Positions 8,788 through 17,261 of a DNA stretch of 32,000 bases are shown one piece after another. The stretch is from Planctomycetales bacterium. GTDB lineage: Bacteria > 4484-113 > JAFGCY01. A model generated the notes under the pieces. It was not told the origin of the DNA. It saw nothing but the letters and a program-made list of their open reading frames with translations, and did no database searches. The stretch is taken from contig CP060262.1 in NCBI GenBank assembly GCA_022646745.1, positions 4,020,001 through 4,052,000 of the forward strand. The letters are read 5' to 3'. The number at the start of each line of letters is the position of its first letter. The stretch's first letter is position 1. The position numbers and the translations under genes were made by a program.

Positions 8788-10542
8788 ATGTACGACGACG
8801 AAAAGCAGGAGCAGGATCCGCAGGCCGAAGCTGGCAATGATGGACTGCAGCCGGCCGCGGATACAGCTGATCCAGTGCAGCCTGACCCGGGATCACCAGA
8901 CGGCGATTCCACCTCGACACCTGCACACGCAGTAACGGAAGCAATGTCCGCTCCCGCCGGAAACGGGATTGTCACGCACTATGAAGTGCGCCGCAACACC
9001 GGTGATGTAATGGCCCGGCGCATCAACCTTGTTGCTGCCGAGGACATCAAGCGCCAGGAGAAGCTGCACGGCCTGCAGCTGACCAAGTTCCACGATGAAA
9101 AGGGTAAGGTCCAGAAGCTGGACAGCCCGCTCATCAGGGAGGCACTGAAGGTTGTCCGGGACAAGAAGTCACGTACCTTCACCGGCCGCAACCTGACCCT
9201 GCACCATGACCGCAAGGGCCGGATTCACGATATCGGAATGCTGCTGGCCCGCGGCGAGCACAGGCACGTCGGATTCTGGCAGGCGATCCTGGCCGCGTTG
9301 AAGTGGCTGTTCGTTGTCAGGTTCAAGGTGCTGACGATCGAGAAGTACCTCTGGCTGGAGAGTTTCGGCTTCTTCATGCTGGGCACTATGGGCTTCACCT
9401 TCTTCCTGATCATCACCTCGATCTTCGCGCTGGGCGAGAAGATCTTCTCGAAGGGCATTCCGCCCTTCACCATTGCCAAGGTGCTGCTGCTGTCAGCGCC
9501 GGCCTTCATCGTACTGGCAATCCCCGTCGCCGTGCTTTTCTCTACGCTCATGTCAATGGGCCGGCTGAACCGTGACAACGAGATCGTGGCCTTCATGACG
9601 AACGGCGTCAGCCTCTACCGAATATACATACCATTTGTGACAATGGCGATCGTGGCCGGCCTGATGACCTGGTCGATCTACGAGCATGTCGTGCCACCGA
9701 CGAACCGCGAGTACAAGGAAGTACTGAAGGTGTTCTGGACGGCGCAGGTCGTGGACTTCATCAAGCCAGGCATCATCATCAAGGCACCGCAGAAGAAGTA
9801 CTTCTACGTGGACGAGATCGTCAAGCGCCGCATCGACCTCGAGGAGGGCGGATTCCGCGACGAGAGCTTCATGCTCAACATCCGCCTGTATGACTACTTC
9901 GTGAACGAAGGCGGTACGCGACGCTTCCCGCGCATCTTCGTTGCCAGGGAAGGCTACGTGCGTGACAAGTTCCTCGTGCTGACGGATGTCACGCTTTACA
10001 ACCTCGACGAGACCAATGGCGACAGCATCGTCTGCGCGGAAATGCCGGAGGTGCGCATCGACATCGGTACGCGCGTGATTGAATATGCGCTGGAGCCGCA
10101 GCCGACGGAGCTGAACACGAAGGAACTGCGCTCCCGCATTGCAAGGACTCGCGACAGGATCGCCGCGCTGGCCTTCCCCAACCCCGGCCTGCAATCGCGC
10201 TACGTGAAGGACTGGACCGAGTACTACTTCAAGTACTCCATCCCCTTCGCCTGCATCGCCCTGATGCTCGTTGCAGTGCCTGTCTCGCTGCGCGGCCCGC
10301 GTGACGAGCGCAACATGGGCATCATCCTGTCGTTCGCGCTGATGATGATCTACTACATCATCTTCTTCAGTGCGCGCGTGCTGGGCAGCCGTGGCGTGAT
10401 CATGTCACAGGACCTGGTGATAGCCGGGCACAAGCTCGCCAGCAAGGGTGACAACATCTTCCACCCGATGATCGCGGGCTGGCTGGCACCGATGCTGTTC
10501 GTCGGTGCGGCGGTGGTGCTGATCATCAAGGCCCGCAAGTAG
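8788..10542 (+). CDS. LptF/LptG family permease with a ~190-aa N-terminal extension
   Basis: The core begins at IEKYLWLESFGFFMLG...GRLNRDNEIVAFMTNGVSLYRI...PVSLRGPRDER. The ATG is 3 nt after the upstream stop. The extension is an acidic/Pro-rich stretch followed by a basic ~100-aa segment. Confidence 0.8.
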   Translation: MYDDEKQEQDPQAEAGNDGLQPAADTADPVQPDPGSPDGDSTSTPAHAVTEAMSAPAGNGIVTHYEVRRNTGDVMARRINLVAAEDIKRQEKLHGLQLTKFHDEKGKVQKLDSPLIREALKVVRDKKSRTFTGRNLTLHHDRKGRIHDIGMLLARGEHRHVGFWQAILAALKWLFVVRFKVLTIEKYLWLESFGFFMLGTMGFTFFLIITSIFALGEKIFSKGIPPFTIAKVLLLSAPAFIVLAIPVAVLFSTLMSMGRLNRDNEIVAFMTNGVSLYRIYIPFVTMAIVAGLMTWSIYEHVVPPTNREYKEVLKVFWTAQVVDFIKPGIIIKAPQKKYFYVDEIVKRRIDLEEGGFRDESFMLNIRLYDYFVNEGGTRRFPRIFVAREGYVRDKFLVLTDVTLYNLDETNGDSIVCAEMPEVRIDIGTRVIEYALEPQPTELNTKELRSRIARTRDRIAALAFPNPGLQSRYVKDWTEYYFKYSIPFACIALMLVAVPVSLRGPRDERNMGIILSFALMMIYYIIFFSARVLGSRGVIMSQDLVIAGHKLASKGDNIFHPMIAGWLAPMLFVGAAVVLIIKARK

Positions 10543-10550
10543 CGCCGGGC

Positions 10551-11636
10551 CTACTCCCCGCGCTGCGGATCCAGCTGCGGAGGATTGTCAGTACCGGGAT
10601 CTTCGCCAGGGGGCTGGTCATCCCGCTCACCGTTGCCATTTTCCGCCTGCGAGCCGCTGTCCTCAACCACCCAGATCTCATGGCGGTGCTCCACGCCTAC
10701 ATCACCCTTGAAGCGGACGTTGCTGGCTGAGCCCGCACTGGTGGACTTCACGGGGTTGGTTGACTTCGTCACCTCGCCTTCGCTTGTCCCGGGCTTTCCA
10801 TACTTTTCGTAGAGCGGATGCTCCTTGTCCTTTGGTGCGGGGATCGGCCAGTAGCCATGCTCGTGCCCGCTGACTTCCTTGGCGATGTACTCCGTACGCT
10901 TCACCCGGTTGTCAGTCGAAGGATGGCTCTGCGTCCATTCACCGACCTCGCCAGAGTTGCCATACAGCGCTTCGAGGCATTCGAGGCTGCGCATCATGCC
11001 GTAGGGGTCATAGCCCGCATTGAAGGCAATCTGCACGCCATGCCGGTCTGACTCCTCTTCCTGGTCGCGGTTGAACTTGAGGAAGACGATACCGCCGACG
11101 CTTTCCAGCAGGTTCAGGGCATCGCGGTTCTTCTTGCCCAGCAGCACGCCGAGCACGGTCAGTCCGGCCGCACCCTGCATGCCTTTCTCATAGCCATCCT
11201 TGACGTGCCGTTCCAGCACGTGTCCCATCTCATGCGCCATCACCGCGGCAACCATCGACTGGTCGTAGGCCATCACATCCATCAGGCCTTCAGTGACATA
11301 TATGTATCCGCCAGGCGTGGCGTAGGCGTTGACAGTCTTGTCCTTGCTGAGGAAGAACTGGAATTCAAATTCGGAGCCGGCGACGGCTTCGCTGTTCATC
11401 TCGACGAGCTTGCGCCCGATGTCCTGCACGATCTTGTTGCGGCGGTCCTGGCTGTCGGGGGCATACACACCGGGATCCTTACGGAAGTCCTCAAGCATCT
11501 TGGCCCCGACGCGCTTCTCGTCCTCCACGGACAGCTTGAACATGCCCTTCAGCTTGAGTCCGCCCGCGCTGGCGGGCTGCACCAGCAGTGCGCTGAATGC
11601 AACAAGCAGCAATGCCATCCTCGCAAGCATGTACAT
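10551..11636 (-). CDS. Secreted M48-family zinc metalloprotease (LoiP/YcaL-like core) with a low-complexity C-terminal tail
   Basis: Signal-like N-terminus MYMLARMALLLVAFSALLVQPASA. HEMGH zinc motif (AAVMAHEMGHVLERH) plus a downstream EEESDRHG. Confidence 0.85.
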   Translation of the reverse strand: MYMLARMALLLVAFSALLVQPASAGGLKLKGMFKLSVEDEKRVGAKMLEDFRKDPGVYAPDSQDRRNKIVQDIGRKLVEMNSEAVAGSEFEFQFFLSKDKTVNAYATPGGYIYVTEGLMDVMAYDQSMVAAVMAHEMGHVLERHVKDGYEKGMQGAAGLTVLGVLLGKKNRDALNLLESVGGIVFLKFNRDQEEESDRHGVQIAFNAGYDPYGMMRSLECLEALYGNSGEVGEWTQSHPSTDNRVKRTEYIAKEVSGHEHGYWPIPAPKDKEHPLYEKYGKPGTSEGEVTKSTNPVKSTSAGSASNVRFKGDVGVEHRHEIWVVEDSGSQAENGNGERDDQPPGEDPGTDNPPQLDPQRGE

Positions 11637-11771
11637 ACCCTACCCTCGGATCAGCGTGCCTTGATTCATCCTACCGATGATCCCTGCTCATTAGACGAAG
11701 TGATGCGCAGGTTTGATCCATTAAATCCAATGGATTATGCACAGTCCATGCAGCACACACCGGAGAATCAG

Positions 11772-11797
11772 TATATTTCGGTAATTTTCGAAATATA
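11772..11797. promoter_or_regulatory. AT-rich inverted repeat TATATTTCG-N8-CGAAATATA in a divergent intergenic region
   Basis: 9-bp perfect arms. It lies ~135 nt upstream of the M48 start (minus strand) and ~90 nt upstream of the sORF (plus strand). It contains -10-like hexamers on both strands (TATATT on plus, TATACT nearby on minus). Confidence 0.35.
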
Positions 11798-11887
11798 TGT
11801 TTATCGAATCAACCTCAAGGGAATCACTAACGGTTGCGAAGGAGCAGGAACTCCCCGCCACCGGAATCAAATCAATGAGGTGATGTC

Positions 11888-11977
11888 ATGAACACAATCT
11901 ACGATGCAATCGCTGGAGTGATCGTCTGTCTGGTGCTTGTGCTGGCCGGTGCGAACCTGCCGAACATCATGGCCTGA
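11888..11977 (+). CDS. Candidate 29-aa single-TM small protein
   Basis: GAGGTGA lies 4 nt upstream of the ATG. MNTIYDAIAGVIVCLVLVLAGANLPNIMA* has a hydrophobic core. It is too short for the ORF track. Convergent with pspA. Confidence 0.35.
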   Translation: MNTIYDAIAGVIVCLVLVLAGANLPNIMA

Positions 11978-12043
11978 CGGCAGCCGCCAAGCCACGCAGG
12001 AACGTGGTTCCACTAAGCAGGGAAGCCCGGATGGCAGCAGTAC

Positions 12044-12769
12044 CTACTGCTGCTGCTCCGTTTCCGGCAGTCCGACGGTCTTGTCAGCGGACTCGGTATC
12101 GCGGCTTTCCATGCCCCATTCAACCTTGAACTGCTCCAGCAGCTCCTGGGCCTCAATGCGCTCGGCGCGCTTCTCGAGCTGGATTTCGCGCATGTCGACG
12201 GTTTCGATCGCCATGTCGAGCTTGCCTTCCGCCATCGCGGTCTTCTGGCGCAGCTTCTCCATCATCTCGTCGTAGTTGCTGTCAACGTCACCGACCTCGA
12301 AGGACTCGAACACGCTGGCAACCTCGGCCTTCCACTTGCTGGCCTGGTGGTCACGGATGGCCTGCATCGCGGCGTTGATCTTCTTGTCCATCTCGCGCTT
12401 GTAGTCGGTCTTGAACTCGACGGCCTTCTCATAAGCTTCCTTGGCCTTCTCAAGCTGCTCGAAAGTCTTTTCCTTGCTGTTCTGGACCTGCTTCAGGCGG
12501 ATTGCATAGTCGCCCGCAAGCTCCTCATCCCCTGCCTCGAGCGCTGCCTTGATGCGCGAAGTGAGCTTGCGCTCATTGTCAATGGCATCCTCGTAGTCCT
12601 TCTGCATCAGGTTCAGGCCGCCGCGCATCTTCGCCAGGTTGGCGTTGATCTTCGGCATCTGGTCGCGCATGTCGCGAATGGTCTGCTTAAGAATCAGCTC
12701 GGGATTCTCGAGGGACTCGATCGCGCCACCGAAGAGCGAGCGCATCCACCTTACGAAGCGTTGCCACAT
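12044..12769 (-). CDS. pspA: PspA/IM30 (Vipp1) family membrane-stress protein
   Basis: MWQRFVRWMRSLFGGAIESLENPELILKQTIRDMRDQM is an N-terminal amphipathic helix plus a PspA-type coiled coil. GGAGG lies 10 nt before ATG 12769. I reject the track start at 12910. A TACAAT -10 candidate is at 12798-12803 (minus strand). Confidence 0.88.
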   Translation of the reverse strand: MWQRFVRWMRSLFGGAIESLENPELILKQTIRDMRDQMPKINANLAKMRGGLNLMQKDYEDAIDNERKLTSRIKAALEAGDEELAGDYAIRLKQVQNSKEKTFEQLEKAKEAYEKAVEFKTDYKREMDKKINAAMQAIRDHQASKWKAEVASVFESFEVGDVDSNYDEMMEKLRQKTAMAEGKLDMAIETVDMREIQLEKRAERIEAQELLEQFKVEWGMESRDTESADKTVGLPETEQQQ

Positions 12770-12923
12770 GACTGCATTTCCTCCATAGATCACCGTTATT
12801 GTAGCGTGTGCAGGCTGTCCAGCATCCACCACCCGCGTGTCAGACGCAGCAATGCCGCCCAGTTCGTCATTTCGCAGGGAAAGTAAGGAATCGGAAACAG
12901 AATCGGGCATTTCGCGGAAGTTG

Positions 12924-12932
12924 TGTTAATAT
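12924..12932 (+). promoter_or_regulatory. Extended -10 promoter candidate for the rpmH operon
   Basis: TGtTAATAT (TG at 12924-12925, hexamer 12927-12932) lies ~80 nt upstream of rpmH. The leader contains GC-rich pairing (CCGCCG 12940-12945 / CGGCGG 12975-12980) and the palindrome GGCGCGCGCC. Confidence 0.4.
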
Positions 12933-13013
12933 TTCTGTTCCGCCGGCCCGGGGTCGCCTTCTTGGCGCGCGCCGCGGCGGAAATCAGCAGAGAGGATTCT
13001 TTGAGGGGCTCAC

Positions 13014-13148
13014 ATGAAGCGCACCTATCAGCCGAAAAAGAGACGCCGTATGCGTCGCCATGGATTCCGTGCCCGCATGAGCACGCCCAGCGGGCGCCGC
13101 GTACTGGCCGCCCGTCGCGCCCGGGGACGCAAGAAGCTCACCGTCTAG
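13014..13148 (+). CDS. rpmH: 50S ribosomal protein L34
   Basis: Own translation (the ORF is below the track size cutoff): [44 protein letters not shown]. This is a canonical L34 sequence. Confidence 0.97.
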   Translation: MKRTYQPKKRRRMRRHGFRARMSTPSGRRVLAARRARGRKKLTV

Positions 13149-13564
13149 TGGGCCTGTGCGCCCTGCGTGGCCGCAACCTGTTCCGCAGGATCCTTTCCTC
13201 CGGATACCGCAGGGGCAGCCGCGGCGTGGTTGTGTACTGGCAGCATAACGGGCTGGAACACAACCGTTACGGAATTGCCGTGCGCAGGACAGTCGGTGGG
13301 GCTGTGCGCCGCAACCGGATCAGGCGCTGGACCAGGGAGTACCTGCGGGATGGCCGGCATGGACTGGTCAGCGGGGTGGACATCGTGATCCTGGTCAACC
13401 GCGACGAACGCCTGGGGAGTTACAAGGAATACACGGATCATCTGTCCCATGTGCTTGACCTGTCATATCTCACAAGCAGCCAGCCAGCACCAGCCCTCGG
13501 GCCGGGCGGGCCTGATGGGACGTATCGCCCGCTTTCCGGCGCTGCTGATGATCCTCGCGATTGA
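13148..13564 (+). CDS. rnpA: Ribonuclease P protein component
   Basis: The GTG overlaps the rpmH TAG (TAGTG). LRGRNLFRRILSSGYRRGSRGVVVYW...RYGIAVRRTVGGAVRRNRIRRWTRE matches the RnpA basic motif. Conserved position after rpmH. The 3' end overlaps yidD. Confidence 0.85.
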   Translation: MGLCALRGRNLFRRILSSGYRRGSRGVVVYWQHNGLEHNRYGIAVRRTVGGAVRRNRIRRWTREYLRDGRHGLVSGVDIVILVNRDERLGSYKEYTDHLSHVLDLSYLTSSQPAPALGPGGPDGTYRPLSGAADDPRD

Positions 13565-13745
13565 ATTCTACCGTCGCTACATCTCTCGCTTCTCACCGCC
13601 GAGCTGCCGGTTCACTCCGACCTGCTCGCGCTATGCACTCGACGCCGTCAGGCGCTACGGGCTGATCAGGGGCAGCTGGCTTGCAACATGGCGCGTACTG
13701 CGCTGCAACCCCTTCCACCCGGGAGGCTATGACCCCCTCTTATGA
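13515..13745 (+). CDS. yidD: Membrane protein insertion efficiency factor YidD
   Basis: LLMILAIEFYRRYISRFSPPSCRFTPTCSRYALDAVRRYGLIRGSWLATWRVLRCNPFHPGGYDP is the canonical YidD sequence. I prefer ATG 13515 over 13449. Confidence 0.93.
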   Translation: MGRIARFPALLMILAIEFYRRYISRFSPPSCRFTPTCSRYALDAVRRYGLIRGSWLATWRVLRCNPFHPGGYDPLL

Positions 13746-14953
13746 TGAACTTCCTTAACATCTTCACGCCGGCATTCATGCTGCAGAGCCTGGACAAGAT
13801 CCGCGACCTGATGTCCAGGGGCGAAAGCCTGGCCCCCGACTACCAGGCCTACGTCAGTACCGGCAACTTCTTCAACGACATGATCGGCACCTTCGCGGTG
13901 TTCTTCCTGTTCACGATCAACAAGCTCGGTGAGATCTTCGGCAGCTATGGGCTGGCAATCGTGCTCACCGCGATCATCGTGCGACTGCTGCTGTACGTGG
14001 TCGGCCTGACCACCGCGCAGATCCGTGGGATGAAGAGCATGCAGTCCATGCAGCCCGTGATGCGCGCGATCCAGCATCGCTACCCTGACAAGCAGCAACA
14101 GGGCTTCAAGACCATGGATCTGTACTCGAAGTACAAGATCAACCCGATGGCCGGGTGCCTGCCGATGCTGGTGCAGATGCCGATCCTGTTCGGCATCTAC
14201 CGCGCCCTGTATGACCAGAGCTTTGCCGGCCACGACATGTTCGGCATCCAGCTGCTGTTCCCGGTAAACGTGACCAGTGTGCGCAGCTTCGGCATGGGCG
14301 GGGCCGACATGGCGGACATCATCGACACTGTGGTGTCGGTTGACAAGCTGCAGGGCAGCATGCTGCACATCCCGGCCTCGATCCCGCTGCTCGGTGGCAG
14401 CACCTGGTACGCCCCTGCCCTGATCCTCGTGGTGCTTTACGTGGCCTCGAGCTTCTGGATGCAGAAGGTGATGCGTGACATGAACCAGCCGGACAAGAAG
14501 TTCGAGGAAGAGTTCATGACCGCAATGAAGATGAAGGACGTTCCGCGTGATCCGACCCAGGATGCGGCGGAGCAGATGCAGCGTTCGATGAAGTTCATGA
14601 ACTTCATCATCATCATCTTCGCCTTCATTTTCAGTGCCGGGGCTTTGCTTTATTTCATCGTTCAGAATACAATAATGGTCCTTGAGTACAAGCTGTTGGC
14701 TTCGCGCAAGTACATTGATCTGGATATCGCGGAGCTGAAGGCTTGGATCAACGAGCCGCCTCAGTCGCAGGAACAGCGGATGGCGGAGGCGCAGGCCAAG
14801 CGCGATGCGCTGCTTACCAAGGCCGGCGAGCCGGCCGAGGATGGGAACACGGAGAAAAACCAGGCGGACGACGCAGGAGAAGATGATGACCCGGATGATG
14901 ATGGATCCGGCCCCTCCCTGAAACGTCCCCGGAAGAAAAGAAGGAAGAGATGA
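13742..14953 (+). CDS. yidC: Membrane protein insertase YidC (short form lacking the large P1 domain, with a poly-basic C-tail)
   Basis: ATGA overlap with the yidD stop. YGLAIVLTAIIVRLLL (conserved Arg helix), NPMAGCLPMLVQMPILFGIYRAL, and the tail ...DDDPDDDGSGPSLKRPRKKRRKR. Confidence 0.93.
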   Translation: MMNFLNIFTPAFMLQSLDKIRDLMSRGESLAPDYQAYVSTGNFFNDMIGTFAVFFLFTINKLGEIFGSYGLAIVLTAIIVRLLLYVVGLTTAQIRGMKSMQSMQPVMRAIQHRYPDKQQQGFKTMDLYSKYKINPMAGCLPMLVQMPILFGIYRALYDQSFAGHDMFGIQLLFPVNVTSVRSFGMGGADMADIIDTVVSVDKLQGSMLHIPASIPLLGGSTWYAPALILVVLYVASSFWMQKVMRDMNQPDKKFEEEFMTAMKMKDVPRDPTQDAAEQMQRSMKFMNFIIIIFAFIFSAGALLYFIVQNTIMVLEYKLLASRKYIDLDIAELKAWINEPPQSQEQRMAEAQAKRDALLTKAGEPAEDGNTEKNQADDAGEDDDPDDDGSGPSLKRPRKKRRKR

Positions 14954-15591
14954 GCGAACAGCATGTAATCCCGGATGATGCCCTGACGGCATTGACCGCC
15001 ACCGGAAATGATCCCGAGGCACTGCGCGACAAGCTGCGCAATGAGTCCGGCGGCGCGGAGCTTTATTTCCAGGAAGAGGAGGCTGAGGACGGCACGATCA
15101 CGATGCACGCCTGGCCCCGCACGCAGGTGATGGACCTGATCTACCGACTGGCCTTCCCCGTCGTGCGCATCTTCGACAACCGCGCCCAGCTCAAGATCAA
15201 GTCCAACCGCGCGGTGACGGACTTCTTCGTGATGATCAACTCTCGTCGCAGCGGCCAGTTCATCGGCCAGCACGGCCGCACGCTGGATGCCGTTGAGACC
15301 CTGATCGGGCACAGCGTGTCCCGCCGCTTCCCCCGCTGGGTGAACCTCTCCGTTGATATTGACAACTACCGCCGAAAGCGCCAGTCGTTCCTCGAGAACA
15401 TGGTGCAGAAGATCATCCGCGAGATTGAGTACGACCACAAGGAGCGCCCCGTCCCCGGCCTGCTGCCGAAAGAGCGCCGCTTCGTGCACCACTACATGAC
15501 GGACCATCCCTACCTGACGACAGAGTCGCGCGGCGACACGCGTGATACCCGCACGCTGTTCATCCTGCCGCGCGAGGACATCCAGGAATAA
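14950..15591 (+). CDS. jag: Jag/KhpB RNA-binding protein (Jag_N, KH, R3H)
   Basis: ATGA overlap with the yidC stop. GQFIGQHGRTLDAVETLI (KH) and LLPKERRFVHHYMTDHPYLTTESRG (R3H). Confidence 0.88.
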   Translation: MSEQHVIPDDALTALTATGNDPEALRDKLRNESGGAELYFQEEEAEDGTITMHAWPRTQVMDLIYRLAFPVVRIFDNRAQLKIKSNRAVTDFFVMINSRRSGQFIGQHGRTLDAVETLIGHSVSRRFPRWVNLSVDIDNYRRKRQSFLENMVQKIIREIEYDHKERPVPGLLPKERRFVHHYMTDHPYLTTESRGDTRDTRTLFILPREDIQE

Positions 15592-15596
15592 GCGGC

Positions 15597-15806
15597 ATGC
15601 AGCGCACGGACAGGGTTCTGAGGGTTCCCCGCGGCAAGGGCGGGGTGCTGCTTGGTCTCTGCGCCGGTATGGGAAACCACCTCGGGATCGATCCGGTCGT
15701 GATCCGCTTCATCCTGCTGGCGCTGATGTTCCTGACAATCGGCGGTCTGGCCGTGCCGCTGATCTACCTGCTGTTCAGCCTGTTCGTGCCAGTTGACAAC
15801 GGCTGA
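15597..15806 (+). CDS. PspC-domain small membrane protein
   Basis: RVPRGKGGVLLGLCAGMGNHLGIDPVVIRFILLALMFLTIGGLAVPLIYLLFSLFVP matches the PspC domain pattern. It starts 5 nt after the jag stop. Confidence 0.8.
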   Translation: MQRTDRVLRVPRGKGGVLLGLCAGMGNHLGIDPVVIRFILLALMFLTIGGLAVPLIYLLFSLFVPVDNG

Positions 15807-15809
15807 ACG

Positions 15810-17240
15810 TCAGCGCTTCAGTTCTGCAAATCCCAGAGCATCCACCAGCGCGTCTGCGTAGGCATTGGATTTCCCGTCGCTGTCTGATTCGCAGTACAGG
15901 CGCAGCAGCGGCTCGGTGCCGCTGATCCGGGCCAGCGCCCAGCCGGATGCCGTACGCAGCTTCATGCCATCCCGGTGGTTGAGTGACTCCACCTCGTCCC
16001 CGGCAATGCTTTCCAGCCGGCTCAGGTTGCGGATCGCAGTGCGATAGGCCTCGCGGTCGTAGTCAGCATCCAGGTGATAGTCACGCCTGATGTAGACGGG
16101 CCGGCCGAACTTCTCATACAGCCCGTCCACCATCTCACTGATGCGCTGGTCCCGCCCGGCACGCTCATGCAGCAGCATCACCGCCATCAGCAGCGCATCG
16201 CGCTCAGGCAGGAAGTGCCCGAAGCCTGTGCCGCCACTCTCCTCGCCGCCGATGATCGCGTTGTACTCGATCATTGCCTTGCTGATGTTCTTGTAGCCAA
16301 CGGGCACGTCAAGCACGGTGCACTGCAGGTCCCTGGCAACACGCTCAACCAGGCCGCTGAAGCTGACCGAGGTGATCACGATGCCGGTCTGCGCTCGCGT
16401 CCTGACGAGGTGCTGCAGCAGCAGGCAGAAGATTTCATGTGTGCGCAGGAAGCGGCCTTCCTCGTCAATCACGGCGAGGCGGTCACCGTCGCCATCGAAT
16501 GCGAGCCCGATGCTGTCCTTGCCGTCATAGGCCACGATCTGGCTCAGCTCCAGCAGCTTCTCCTCCACCGGCTCAGGTTTGTCGCCATCGAACAGAGGAT
16601 CAGTGCCCATGCGCAGTTCGGACTGCGGGGAGAACATCTGTGCAAGGATCTCGCGGTAGATCCCGGCGGCCGTGCCATGCAGGTAGTCAACCACGATCTC
16701 GCGGGACGGTTCGCCGTCCCAGCCCGCCGCCCGCCGGATCGCTGCCGCATATTCCTTTTCGAGGTTGAACTCCAAGGGTGCGGCAGACTTGCGCCCGAGG
16801 TGGAATGCATCTACATCAGACTCGCTAACGGCGTTGGCAAACTGCTCAATTTCGGCAACATCCTCCGGCAGCATGCTGCCACCGAAGTGGCCCTTCAGCT
16901 TCACACCGCCATAATTCCACGGGTTGTGCGAGGCGGTGAACTGGATGCCAATTGGCGCTTCGAGGTGGTGCGTTGCAAATGAAAGGTAGGGGCTCGGGCA
17001 GCAACGGCCTGACAACACGCAACGCTGGCCCCGCGATTCGAGTACATCGAGTGCCAGCATGGCGAAGTCGCGCGACAGGAACCGTGTGTCGAAGCCTACG
17101 GGAATGGCACGGCTGGCCTTGTCCGGATGGTGGCGTTTGATCCATTCGGTACAGCCGAGGACGATCCGCACGACCTGAGTCGCGGTCATGGTGTGGCCGA
17201 TGACCCCGCGGTATCCGTCGCTGCCGAAGCTTACTGGCAC
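15810..17240 (-). CDS. Alpha-D-phosphohexomutase (phosphoglucomutase/phosphomannomutase family)
   Basis: FGSDGYRGVIG, active-site FTASHNPWNYGGVKL, metal loop AFDGDGDRLAV, sugar loop GGEESGG. GTG start at 17240. Confidence 0.9.
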   Translation of the reverse strand: MPVSFGSDGYRGVIGHTMTATQVVRIVLGCTEWIKRHHPDKASRAIPVGFDTRFLSRDFAMLALDVLESRGQRCVLSGRCCPSPYLSFATHHLEAPIGIQFTASHNPWNYGGVKLKGHFGGSMLPEDVAEIEQFANAVSESDVDAFHLGRKSAAPLEFNLEKEYAAAIRRAAGWDGEPSREIVVDYLHGTAAGIYREILAQMFSPQSELRMGTDPLFDGDKPEPVEEKLLELSQIVAYDGKDSIGLAFDGDGDRLAVIDEEGRFLRTHEIFCLLLQHLVRTRAQTGIVITSVSFSGLVERVARDLQCTVLDVPVGYKNISKAMIEYNAIIGGEESGGTGFGHFLPERDALLMAVMLLHERAGRDQRISEMVDGLYEKFGRPVYIRRDYHLDADYDREAYRTAIRNLSRLESIAGDEVESLNHRDGMKLRTASGWALARISGTEPLLRLYCESDSDGKSNAYADALVDALGFAELKR

Positions 17241-17261
17241 TTAGGCGTCTGGTCTATCCGC

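Noticed and set aside
12830-12860. Sigma-54 (-24/-12) promoter upstream of pspA, as in E. coli
   Set aside because: The best candidate on the minus strand (GGGCGGCATTGCTGC) has GG and GC at the right spacing but mismatches the flanking consensus (TGGCAC / TTGCA). No PspF-like activator is nearby. A sigma-70-type TACAAT at 12798-12803 fits the SD and start geometry better.
12808-13017. 69-aa ORF in the pspA-rpmH intergenic region and 72-aa ORF at 21481-21699
   Set aside because: Neither has an RBS, and both are Arg/Cys-rich and low complexity. They overlap promoter or leader sequences and the start of real genes, so they are most likely non-coding.
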